Part shown: in pieces, positions 26,716 through 33,746 of the stretch | Position numbering within the stretch: position 1 is the first letter of the stretch | How the letters are laid out: each line of letters begins with the position of its first letter | Source: an uncultured virus (IMG/VR IMGVR_UViG_3300025470_000020) | Lineage: Duplodnaviria > Heunggongvirae > Uroviricota > Caudoviricetes | IMG/VR virus record: IMGVR_UViG_3300025470_000020 | Strand: one strand, 5' to 3' | DNA length: 64,000 nucleotides | Notes under the pieces: model-generated | Databases searched by the model: none | What the model was told of the DNA's origin: nothing | Seen by the model: the letters and a program-made list of their open reading frames with translations, nothing else | Program-made: the position numbers and the translations under genes

Positions 26716-27432
26716 TTAAGCAGCTAGTGCGATTGGTATGGTTTTCTTGACAAAACCACTGGTGTCCTTCTTAGCCTTGCCCTTCGCCTTGAGACCGGCA
26801 ATAACACCCTTAGGATCAAGGAAGCGAAGGTCGGTGTCATCAGCATTAATCACAGGGAGACCTAGGTACTGCTCTGGTAAGCCCTTATCAAATACTGCTG
26901 CTACATTATAACCTTGCTCGATAGCACGGTAAACATCGTGGTCGTTTCCGTCAGCAGCAGAAAAGGTTAGGTTATAATTGAATGGTACAGTGCGACCGAC
27001 TATTTTGGTGTAATCATAGAATTGGACAGTAGGAAATGCTTCCATCATGTTGCGGTATTGTCCTACTCTGATTTTCTCCCATGCGATATCACTGGTGCCG
27101 TTTAAACGGAATACAGGGATTAATCCCTTCTTTTCAGCATATTTGATGGTGCTCTGTATTTCAAGTGCTAGCTCTTCCATGAATTGCTCACGAGCTTCAA
27201 AAAAGCGCTTGGTTTTACGGATACGGGCTTGCTGAATTACATTGGTATTTTCGCCCTTCTTGAATATACCACCACGGCCTGCTGTATTCAAGCAAGCAGC
27301 TTTACAGCCTGCGGTTGCCTTAGGACAGGTTTGGTGGCCTGATAAGTCAGCAGGTGCTAAATGGAGGATACTGGTTAGGTAGCCCTTCTTTTCGCCCTTC
27401 ATGATTTTTGGATTGCCTCTAGTCAATAACAT
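26716..27432 (-). CDS. GP88-family Cys-rich (radical-SAM-like) protein
   Basis: CPKATAGCKAACL..AGRG, RLNGTSDI.W, QFYDYTK, Y.LTFS, D..DLRFLD. Confidence 0.75.
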   Translation of the reverse strand: MLLTRGNPKIMKGEKKGYLTSILHLAPADLSGHQTCPKATAGCKAACLNTAGRGGIFKKGENTNVIQQARIRKTKRFFEAREQFMEELALEIQSTIKYAEKKGLIPVFRLNGTSDIAWEKIRVGQYRNMMEAFPTVQFYDYTKIVGRTVPFNYNLTFSAADGNDHDVYRAIEQGYNVAAVFDKGLPEQYLGLPVINADDTDLRFLDPKGVIAGLKAKGKAKKDTSGFVKKTIPIALAA

Positions 27433-27459
27433 TTATATCTCCTTATTAATTCAAGTACC

Positions 27460-27487
27460 ATTCTACACTAATTGGCAGGAAAGTCAA
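27460..27487 (-). promoter_or_regulatory. early promoter family TTGACT-N16-TAGAAT
   Basis: Read directly. Confidence 0.8.
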
Positions 27488-27548
27488 GCACTATTTTTGG
27501 TCATAAAACGGTCATATTGGAGCTAGCACGCAGGGGCGGTGTGGAACC

Positions 27549-27576
27549 ATTATATCATATCCAAGGGGAAAGTCAA
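27549..27576 (-). promoter_or_regulatory. early promoter family, left half of a back-to-back pair
   Basis: TTGACT-N16-TATAAT. Confidence 0.85.
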
Positions 27577-27600
27577 GCACTATTTGGGGCTAAAAAATGC

Positions 27601-27628
27601 TTGACTTTTGGTAGGAATCATGTATAAT
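27601..27628 (+). promoter_or_regulatory. early promoter family, right half of a back-to-back pair
   Basis: TTGACT-N16-TATAAT. Confidence 0.85.
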
Positions 27629-27656
27629 GGTAACATAATGACAAAGGAGATAAAAA

Positions 27657-27842
27657 ATGCAATTATACCACTTTCATGTATTGAATAACATCTATGATGT
27701 GGAGGCACCCGATGCTGGCTCAGCCATGCAATGGATGAACCGTCAGGTTATGGATGCCTTAAACATGGGGCCATATGCTTGGATGGATATGCCTATGCTT
27801 GAAAATTCATACTATTGTAGCCCTGGCGATTATTTCAATTAA
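27657..27842 (+). CDS. hypothetical protein
   Basis: RBS AAGGAG; its stop overlaps the next promoter repeat. Confidence 0.75.
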   Translation: MQLYHFHVLNNIYDVEAPDAGSAMQWMNRQVMDALNMGPYAWMDMPMLENSYYCSPGDYFN

Positions 27843-27845
27843 TGC

Positions 27846-27873
27846 TTGACTTTTTTGCCAGTTCTGATATAAT
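27846..27873 (+). promoter_or_regulatory. early promoter family TTGACT-N16-TATAAT
   Basis: Read directly. Confidence 0.85.
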
Positions 27874-27900
27874 GGTAACATAATGAATAAGGAGAAAAAT

Positions 27901-28224
27901 ATGACGGTTTTAGGATTTTGTAAGGTTTTAGGTGAGGTTATCGAGGACAATTATGCTGCCAAGTGGACTCATAATGTATTGAAGATTGATATCCAAGAAG
28001 GCAAGCGCTTTTATAAGCTTGTCCGCCATGACTATGATGTGGAGACAGGCCAATTGGTTAAGTTTTCAGGCTCTGTCCACTGCTTCGTGGAGAAGGCGAC
28101 TGGCGATATCTATAAGGCAGCTAGCTTTAAAGCCCCTGCCAAGGGTGTCCGTTTCAATATCGTTAAGGATCTAGAATTATTGAAGGAAATCGCTGATTGG
28201 GCAGGTGGCTATCTATACCGCTAA
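27901..28224 (+). CDS. conserved phage early hypothetical protein
   Basis: GKRFYKLV...SVHCFVEKATGDIYKAASFKAPAKGVRFNI...ADWAGGYLY; RBS TAAGGAG. Confidence 0.8.
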   Translation: MTVLGFCKVLGEVIEDNYAAKWTHNVLKIDIQEGKRFYKLVRHDYDVETGQLVKFSGSVHCFVEKATGDIYKAASFKAPAKGVRFNIVKDLELLKEIADWAGGYLYR

Positions 28225-28232
28225 AATAATGC

Positions 28233-28260
28233 TTGACTTTTGGTATGGATATGTTAGGAT
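28233..28260 (+). promoter_or_regulatory. early promoter family TTGACT-N16-TAGGAT
   Basis: Read directly. Confidence 0.75.
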
Positions 28261-28269
28261 GGCTACACT

Positions 28270-28356
28270 ATGAATAATTTAATAACACTTTTAATAGGGC
28301 TCTGGATCGGACTAGTAATAATAACCATCGGGCTCTATATTTTGGAGAGAAAATAA
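28270..28356 (+). CDS. single-TM micro-protein (28 aa), near-leaderless
   Basis: MNNLITLLIGLWIGLVIITIGLYILERK; ATG 9 nt after the -10 box. Confidence 0.6.
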   Translation: MNNLITLLIGLWIGLVIITIGLYILERK

Positions 28357-28357
28357 A

Positions 28358-28561
28358 ATGGCTAAGTTTACAGTAAGGCTACCAAAATTGGTAGAGTTTA
28401 TCGAGACCGAGGTTCATACAATCGAGGCTGACTCTGCTGAAGAGGCAATGGAAATAGTAATGAATTCTAGTGGAGATCCAAATGTCCTCTATGAGGAAGA
28501 CGGATGGGAAACTAGGGAAGTGTGGTATCATGATATGGAAGCAGAGGAGATTAAAGCATGA
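28358..28561 (+). CDS. small acidic hypothetical protein
   Basis: TIEADSAEEAME motif; RBS GGAG. Confidence 0.75.
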   Translation: MAKFTVRLPKLVEFIETEVHTIEADSAEEAMEIVMNSSGDPNVLYEEDGWETREVWYHDMEAEEIKA

Positions 28562-28851
28562 GCAAATTATTAGCAGTTCTATTATTATCAGTCTCCATCG
28601 GGGCTCAGGCTCACGATGGGTTCAGAGGCGGATATGGCGGTGGGTACCATCATGGCGGTGGTAACAATTGGATCGCTCCAGCTATTATAGGGGGCATCGT
28701 AGGATATGAGCTTAATCGCTCTTATGGATACAATGCTAATCCCTACGTTGGCCAGTTCGGTCGAGGTTGCCGCCCCATCTATCAGACCGTATGGGCTCCA
28801 AACGGATTCGGTGGAGTGGTTCCGTTTCAGCAGTATTTGGGCTGTAATTAA
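28558..28851 (+). CDS. secreted Gly-rich protein
   Basis: Signal peptide MSKLLAVLLLSVSIGAQA; G/H-rich tract; WIAPAIIGGIVGY. Confidence 0.75.
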   Translation: MSKLLAVLLLSVSIGAQAHDGFRGGYGGGYHHGGGNNWIAPAIIGGIVGYELNRSYGYNANPYVGQFGRGCRPIYQTVWAPNGFGGVVPFQQYLGCN

Positions 28852-28858
28852 GCCCCCT

Positions 28859-28886
28859 ATTATATCACATCTGGCAATAAAGTCAA
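28859..28886 (-). promoter_or_regulatory. early promoter family, antisense-facing
   Basis: TTGACT-N16-TATAAT pointing back into the plus-strand genes. Confidence 0.75.
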
Positions 28887-28911
28887 GCCCCCTAGGCCCC
28901 CTAGATTTCGC

Positions 28912-28939
28912 TTGACTTTTTCATTGGTTTCTGTATAAT
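28912..28939 (+). promoter_or_regulatory. early promoter family TTGACT-N16-TATAAT
   Basis: Read directly; no ORF before the next promoter. Confidence 0.8.
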
Positions 28940-29019
28940 GGACACCATTGGTAAGGCAGCAATTAATCTGGTCTTCTAATCCACCCCTGGTCGTCTTCCA
29001 TAGGGGGCTAAAATTCTGC

Positions 29020-29047
29020 TTGACATTCCATCCATTTTCTGTATAAT
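29020..29047 (+). promoter_or_regulatory. early promoter family TTGACA-N16-TATAAT
   Basis: Read directly. Confidence 0.85.
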
Positions 29048-29075
29048 GGAACATAATTGATAAGGAGATAAAAAA

Positions 29076-29405
29076 ATGAGTATGTTAGTAATCGATACGC
29101 AAGACCAAGAAAATTATGCCGCCCACCAAGGTTTCACTGGTGACTACCGCTGGAAAATGAAGGGTGGTCAATCCTACAAAATCACTAACATTCCACAAGG
29201 CGTGGACCCAGCTGAGGTTGTGGAGATGGTTCGCTTGGACATCGAGGAGAATAACAATTTCTTCCGCTCAGACATTATCGGATACTCCCTCCAAGCGGAT
29301 GACTGGATGTCTCCATTTGAAAAGAGCCAGCTCGAATACGAAGGCGAGATCCGCTATGCCGAACCCACCATTGATTATCGAGATTATTTAGCAGAAATCG
29401 CTTAA
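29076..29405 (+). CDS. conserved hypothetical protein
   Basis: LVI.TQ..ENY.AH......WK.KGG..Y...FEKSQLEYEG.I; RBS TAAGGAG. Confidence 0.8.
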   Translation: MSMLVIDTQDQENYAAHQGFTGDYRWKMKGGQSYKITNIPQGVDPAEVVEMVRLDIEENNNFFRSDIIGYSLQADDWMSPFEKSQLEYEGEIRYAEPTIDYRDYLAEIA

Positions 29406-29411
29406 TAATGC

Positions 29412-29439
29412 TTGACTTTTGGCATGGATGTGTTATCCT
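29412..29439 (+). promoter_or_regulatory. early promoter family TTGACT-N16-TATCCT
   Basis: Read directly. Confidence 0.75.
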
Positions 29440-29466
29440 AGCCATACAATTAAAAAGGAGAAAAAT

Positions 29467-29736
29467 ATGACTGAAAAAGAAAAATTAGATTGGGAATTAC
29501 AAGCTTACGGATGCTCTAAAGCGTCCCTTATGAGAATGGTAAAAGAGCAAGCCTTCCCAGGCACAGAGCTCATGTTCGCAGCTGGTATCCTATCAGATGC
29601 ACAGGAAATCATCAGCGCTGAATTCAACGAGGACGGCTGGGTATCTCCAGACCAAGCGAATCAAGCTAGACAGTTCCTCAATCGTGCTAAATGCATCATG
29701 TTCAACTTGATGGAATCCAGAAAGGAGCCTGTATGA
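29467..29736 (+). CDS. hypothetical protein
   Basis: RBS AAGGAG; ILSDAQE...ARQFLNRAK. Confidence 0.75.
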   Translation: MTEKEKLDWELQAYGCSKASLMRMVKEQAFPGTELMFAAGILSDAQEIISAEFNEDGWVSPDQANQARQFLNRAKCIMFNLMESRKEPV

Positions 29737-30029
29737 GAATCGAAAAGCTATCTTCAGCAGGAGGCACTTCCCTCCAAGGCGAAGTCTATACGGACTATGA
29801 TACACTGGTGGCAGCCTTCGGTGAACCATCCTACGGTCCAGATGAGGACCCATCCGATAAGGTGACCTGTGAATGGGTGCTAGAAATCGATGGCACGGTG
29901 GTGACCATATACGACTGGAAGGAATACGGTGATACCCCTAGGCACTATTATGACTGGCACATTGGCGGGTATGATAGAAGAGCAGTGGACAAGGTTGAAT
30001 CAATAATTAGGGAGGTAGAAAATGCTTAA
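29733..30029 (+). CDS. conserved hypothetical protein
   Basis: GTSLQG...Y..LV..FGEP...DKV..EW....TIYDWK...WHIGG. Confidence 0.8.
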   Translation: MRIEKLSSAGGTSLQGEVYTDYDTLVAAFGEPSYGPDEDPSDKVTCEWVLEIDGTVVTIYDWKEYGDTPRHYYDWHIGGYDRRAVDKVESIIREVENA

Positions 30030-30153
30030 AGGACTATTAATTGGTATTGTATTAGGATTGGTAATAAAATATGCTGTATCGGACTCTAGGTGGTTTCAGC
30101 ATGATGAATTCGCTGAGTTCAAATCAACGAGCTCATTCGAGCAGTTCAAATAG
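30022..30153 (+). CDS. small membrane-anchored protein (43 aa)
   Basis: MLKGLLIGIVLGLVIKY...; RBS GGAGGT. Confidence 0.65.
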   Translation: MLKGLLIGIVLGLVIKYAVSDSRWFQHDEFAEFKSTSSFEQFK

Positions 30154-30185
30154 TTTTATCGGCGTCTAGTCAGCGCCACTCTCCG

Positions 30186-30215
30186 GAGGTGTCCATTGGG
30201 GCACCTCTTTTTTTT
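30186..30215 (+). terminator. Rho-independent terminator closing the plus-strand early block
   Basis: GAGGTGTCC-ATTG-GGGCACCTC followed by T8. Confidence 0.85.
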
Positions 30216-30299
30216 GGAGGCGGCTTAAGAATCGCTATGTGTCCTATAAAAAAAAGCCATCCATGGTCGGACTCTGAATTCAGTAACTTTTTTTCTAGC

Positions 30300-30599
30300 C
30301 TATTTTTTTGTGGAATCGAAATTTTTTCCGGAGGGTTTTCGTGTTCCCTTAATTTTTTCCTGGAGGTCTATAATCTCCAAGTCTTTATCGGCTAATTGAA
30401 CCTTGAGCGTTTGAATCACTTCATTAGACATTATCAGTTTAGTTTCTAATTCATCTACAGACTTTACCACGGAGTCTATTCTAGTCACTTCATCAATATA
30501 ATTATTATGATATTCTGAGCCATAGTACCAAATCATCGCTATTAATATAACGATTAATCCCAATAATACGTCATCTTTACCTATTTTAATTTTGTCCAT
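30300..30599 (-). CDS. hypothetical membrane-anchored coiled-coil protein
   Basis: ORF track; N-terminal TM. Confidence 0.65.
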   Translation of the reverse strand: MDKIKIGKDDVLLGLIVILIAMIWYYGSEYHNNYIDEVTRIDSVVKSVDELETKLIMSNEVIQTLKVQLADKDLEIIDLQEKIKGTRKPSGKNFDSTKK

Positions 30600-30841
30600 C
30601 TGTATCCTCTTTCAATCTCTTCTTTAGTCCAACCATCATATTTTATCAGATTTCTCTTCCATCTCTTATAATCTGATAGTAAGTAAGCAAAAGTACCACC
30701 AGGAAACTTAGGAACTTCTTCTTTTATCATAGCATCTTTTTTATCGTGTTCAAGCCATAAAATATACACAACACATACAATAAAAAAGGCGGATATCAGA
30801 GGCCAAGGTAGATTATAATTGAATATATTAAAATTATCCAT
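30581..30841 (-). CDS. hypothetical membrane protein
   Basis: ORF track; TM segment. Confidence 0.65.
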   Translation of the reverse strand: MDNFNIFNYNLPWPLISAFFIVCVVYILWLEHDKKDAMIKEEVPKFPGGTFAYLLSDYKRWKRNLIKYDGWTKEEIERGYRWTKLK

Positions 30842-31052
30842 TTTTATCCTCTAGAAATTTAAGTCGCTTTCTTAAAAAACTCACATCTTCTTGTAGAGAT
30901 ACCACTTGATTTGTCTTGATATACAGTTCATGACGGACTTCATCATCTATTTTTTCAAATAATTTCTGCCTATCTTTACTTTTCCAATCATGGGTTACAT
31001 TAATACCTATCAGGATACCCATGATAAAGAAAACTATGCACATAACAATCAT
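30834..31052 (-). CDS. hypothetical membrane-anchored protein
   Basis: ORF track; RBS GGAG. Confidence 0.65.
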   Translation of the reverse strand: MIVMCIVFFIMGILIGINVTHDWKSKDRQKLFEKIDDEVRHELYIKTNQVVSLQEDVSFLRKRLKFLEDKNG

Positions 31053-31070
31053 ATATTCTTCTCCAAATTA

Positions 31071-31334
31071 TCACAAGCCAATCACAAATCTTGATGAATC
31101 ATACTTATGAATATGCTTACAGTCTAATTTTTTGATATATTTCTTGTAAGCATCTGGTTCCATGTAAAATTGTAAGACATCTTTTAAGGACATAGCGAGT
31201 TTTATCTCTTCCTTGTCTTCTTTATACTTGAGAGCGACTTCGAGTTGTCTTTGGAGTTCTCCCACGATGATGCATTCCATCTGGATATCTGTAAGTTGTA
31301 TAGAAAATGTGTTAGAAATGTGTTTGGAAGTCAT
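31071..31334 (-). CDS. hypothetical protein
   Basis: Start corrected to MTSKH at 31334. Confidence 0.6.
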   Translation of the reverse strand: MTSKHISNTFSIQLTDIQMECIIVGELQRQLEVALKYKEDKEEIKLAMSLKDVLQFYMEPDAYKKYIKKLDCKHIHKYDSSRFVIGL

Positions 31335-31505
31335 ATTTTTGTCTTTTAAAAGTCTTTTTTGAATCCCGGAGTGCAACGGACAAATTCTCCAGTCTGAATT
31401 TGACTGGAATCCTTTGAGGTTATGCACGTTTTCTCAAGAGATGAGCATCCGGTAAGTAGGAGGAATAGGAAAATCGTTGGAAACGCTGGAAAAACTGTAA
31501 GGAAT

Positions 31506-31694
31506 TTAGATTGAAACATATTTTTTAGTTTTGACTAGTGAATTCTTGTTTAGTTTATCGATTTCTTCTTTGGTTAGCGTAGAATGAGAGCTATCGCACC
31601 ATCCATTTGGGTCTTTTGTCTTTCCACAGCCGCATTTTCCGATTTCTGCTAGTTCAGAAAGTCTTTTTTTGTCCCAATCAGCTATTTTTTTCAT
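31506..31694 (-). CDS. CDGSH-type iron-sulfur domain protein
   Basis: C-G-C-G-K-T-K-D-P-N-G-W-C-D-S-S-H. Confidence 0.75.
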   Translation of the reverse strand: MKKIADWDKKRLSELAEIGKCGCGKTKDPNGWCDSSHSTLTKEEIDKLNKNSLVKTKKYVSI

Positions 31695-31695
31695 A

Positions 31696-32019
31696 TTAGT
31701 GTAGTTTAGGGAATGCTCGTAGGTTGTCTTCGTGTCTTACGATATCAGTTTCTTCAACAAAATCATCAAATATCATAACCACATTTTCTTCGGTGACAAT
31801 CCAATAGTCTTCGTCTTCAAATTTAGTTTGTGAAGCAGTTTGCCAGTTAGGAAGAATAGCATCACCTACTCTAACCTCTTTAACAGTATTACCTACAGCA
31901 ACCACACGGCCTTTTTGTGCCTCGGCTGGGTCATTAGATGATAGGATAATACCAGATTGTGTCTTTAAGTTTCTTTCAATCAGTTTTACAATAATTTTAT
32001 CGCCAATCGGTCTTAACAT
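31696..32019 (-). CDS. groES: co-chaperonin GroES (Cpn10)
   Basis: LRPIGDKIIV...KTQSGIIL...GRVVAVG....V.VGD. Confidence 0.9.
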   Translation of the reverse strand: MLRPIGDKIIVKLIERNLKTQSGIILSSNDPAEAQKGRVVAVGNTVKEVRVGDAILPNWQTASQTKFEDEDYWIVTEENVVMIFDDFVEETDIVRHEDNLRAFPKLH

Positions 32020-32034
32020 AATAATCCTTAAATT

Positions 32035-32337
32035 TTAAAAAAATATATTTCGTTGTATTAACTTACTTCTACCTTCTGGTGTCTTCTTTAACTTCTTAAT
32101 GACATGGTGTGTCTTTTTAATCTGTAACTTTAACCATCTTGTATTACTCCATTGTCTAGCAGAATAGTCTTTATCTGGTTGTGGTGCAAAACCATACAAA
32201 GCCCTATGAATATCCTTGTATTCTTCTTGAAGCGATTCTGTAGTATCTAAATTCATCCAAAACATTCGTGCTATCCTAACAAAAATTAAGTAAAAAGTCA
32301 ATCTAATACGTCTAATTATACCGTAACATTTCTTCAT
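32035..32337 (-). CDS. hypothetical protein
   Basis: ORF track. Confidence 0.6.
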   Translation of the reverse strand: MKKCYGIIRRIRLTFYLIFVRIARMFWMNLDTTESLQEEYKDIHRALYGFAPQPDKDYSARQWSNTRWLKLQIKKTHHVIKKLKKTPEGRSKLIQRNIFF

Positions 32338-33142
32338 ATGTGTAATTCCTTTCCATATATGTCGATGGATTATCTAGGTAAGATTTTTCTAAATCACCTG
32401 GTCGTCTTGGTTGATAGTTTATTTTAAAATCAGTATTATGTATACGTTTAAACTCATTAACTATCTCCAAGGTCGTCCTAGTGTCTCCATAGGCAAGGTT
32501 TTCTATCTTATTTGATGGTTTATCAATGGCTTTGATGATAGAAAGGCAAATATCCATAACATGGACATACTCTCTCACACAAGTACCGTCTTTAGTATCA
32601 TAGTCATTACCATAGAGATTAAACTCACCTGTCCTGGTCGCTTGGATGAGATTATGGAACAATCCATCGGGATTAGTAGGTTGAATTCCATGTTCTGAAC
32701 CAATAACATTATAAAATCTAAAAGTGGTATAGTTATCACAATATCCGGCAACTATATCTTCTGCCACTCTCTTTGAATAACCATAAGGTGAATTTGGATT
32801 TGAAGCGGCACCTGTAGATGCAAAAACAAAATTGTTATAACTCAACTCTTTAATTATGTTTGTTGTACCATTGATATTAGTATCATAATACAATATAGGT
32901 TGTCTTACAGAATCGCCTACACGAACCAATGCAGCTAAATGAACGATTGTGTCATAGTGTTCTAATCTTGCAGCAGAATGCCTTATCATATCACTTGAAC
33001 GAATATCAATCAAATATCGTTTACTCTTTGGTACAATTTCTTTATCTAACAGATGAAGTTCAATATCACCTCTATGGCGCAATAAAGAAACTAAATGTTG
33101 TCCAATATAGCCAGATGAACCTGTAATCAAAACTTTCTTCAT
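32312..33142 (-). CDS. NAD-dependent epimerase/dehydratase (GalE-like)
   Basis: TGSSGYIG, HLAA, YGYSK, DGTCVREYVHVMD, RRPGD. Confidence 0.9.
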   Translation of the reverse strand: MKKVLITGSSGYIGQHLVSLLRHRGDIELHLLDKEIVPKSKRYLIDIRSSDMIRHSAARLEHYDTIVHLAALVRVGDSVRQPILYYDTNINGTTNIIKELSYNNFVFASTGAASNPNSPYGYSKRVAEDIVAGYCDNYTTFRFYNVIGSEHGIQPTNPDGLFHNLIQATRTGEFNLYGNDYDTKDGTCVREYVHVMDICLSIIKAIDKPSNKIENLAYGDTRTTLEIVNEFKRIHNTDFKINYQPRRPGDLEKSYLDNPSTYMERNYTYEEMLRYN

Positions 33143-33257
33143 TGAAACACTACTCTCTTTAGTTCATCAATCTTTTGTTTTATGACCGGCTTAATTGGAT
33201 TACTTTCAGAAGTAAAACAATATATCGTCTGTAAGAATTTTAATAAATCATGTGGGT

Positions 33258-33512
33258 TCATAGGTTCTTAATCTTTGACCAAAGTTTTAATTTTTCTCTT
33301 TTTGCTTTTCTTGCTTCATTAATATTAGAATCTGATACAATACAATTCTCTACCAATAAATCAATCATACAAAGGACATCACCAATCTCATGTTCTAAAT
33401 TTTCTTTAGCATTATGTATGTCGAATCCAAATCTATGTATTTTAGATATCGCTTGAATAACTTCAGCACATTCTTCTTGTGTGATATTTAATATTTCGGT
33501 AGTTTGTGTCAT
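33258..33512 (-). CDS. MazG-like nucleotide pyrophosphohydrolase
   Basis: QEECAEVIQAISK..RFG....LEHEIGDVL. Confidence 0.75.
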   Translation of the reverse strand: MTQTTEILNITQEECAEVIQAISKIHRFGFDIHNAKENLEHEIGDVLCMIDLLVENCIVSDSNINEARKAKREKLKLWSKIKNL

Positions 33513-33513
33513 A

Positions 33514-33738
33514 TTAACAATCAGCTGGGCCAACTAAATTTTCATTTAATAAACTAGGGCCAGCTTGACCTAGAACAAAATCTTCAGCAATCATTTCAGC
33601 ATCGTCTTCTGAATATGTTGTTCGTTTTTGAATTAGTTTCTCATCAAGATAAAAATTAATAAGAAAACCATTACCTGTATATTCTACCTCTGCTCGGCGT
33701 CTTTCGTCATCCGAATAAAATTTTGATAATTCCACCAT
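33514..33738 (-). CDS. hypothetical protein
   Basis: ORF track; AE..AEDFV motif; RBS AGGAG. Confidence 0.7.
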   Translation of the reverse strand: MVELSKFYSDDERRRAEVEYTGNGFLINFYLDEKLIQKRTTYSEDDAEMIAEDFVLGQAGPSLLNENLVGPADC

Positions 33739-33746
33739 TATTTCTC

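Noticed and set aside
28860..29054. 64-aa minus-strand ORF
   Set aside because: It runs across three promoter repeats and has no RBS; best explained as chance.
24960..29440. Repeated TGCTTGAC...TATAATGG units as a CRISPR array
   Set aside because: Spacing is irregular (about 90-800 nt), both orientations occur, whole ORFs lie between units, and the conserved parts are -35/-10 hexamers.
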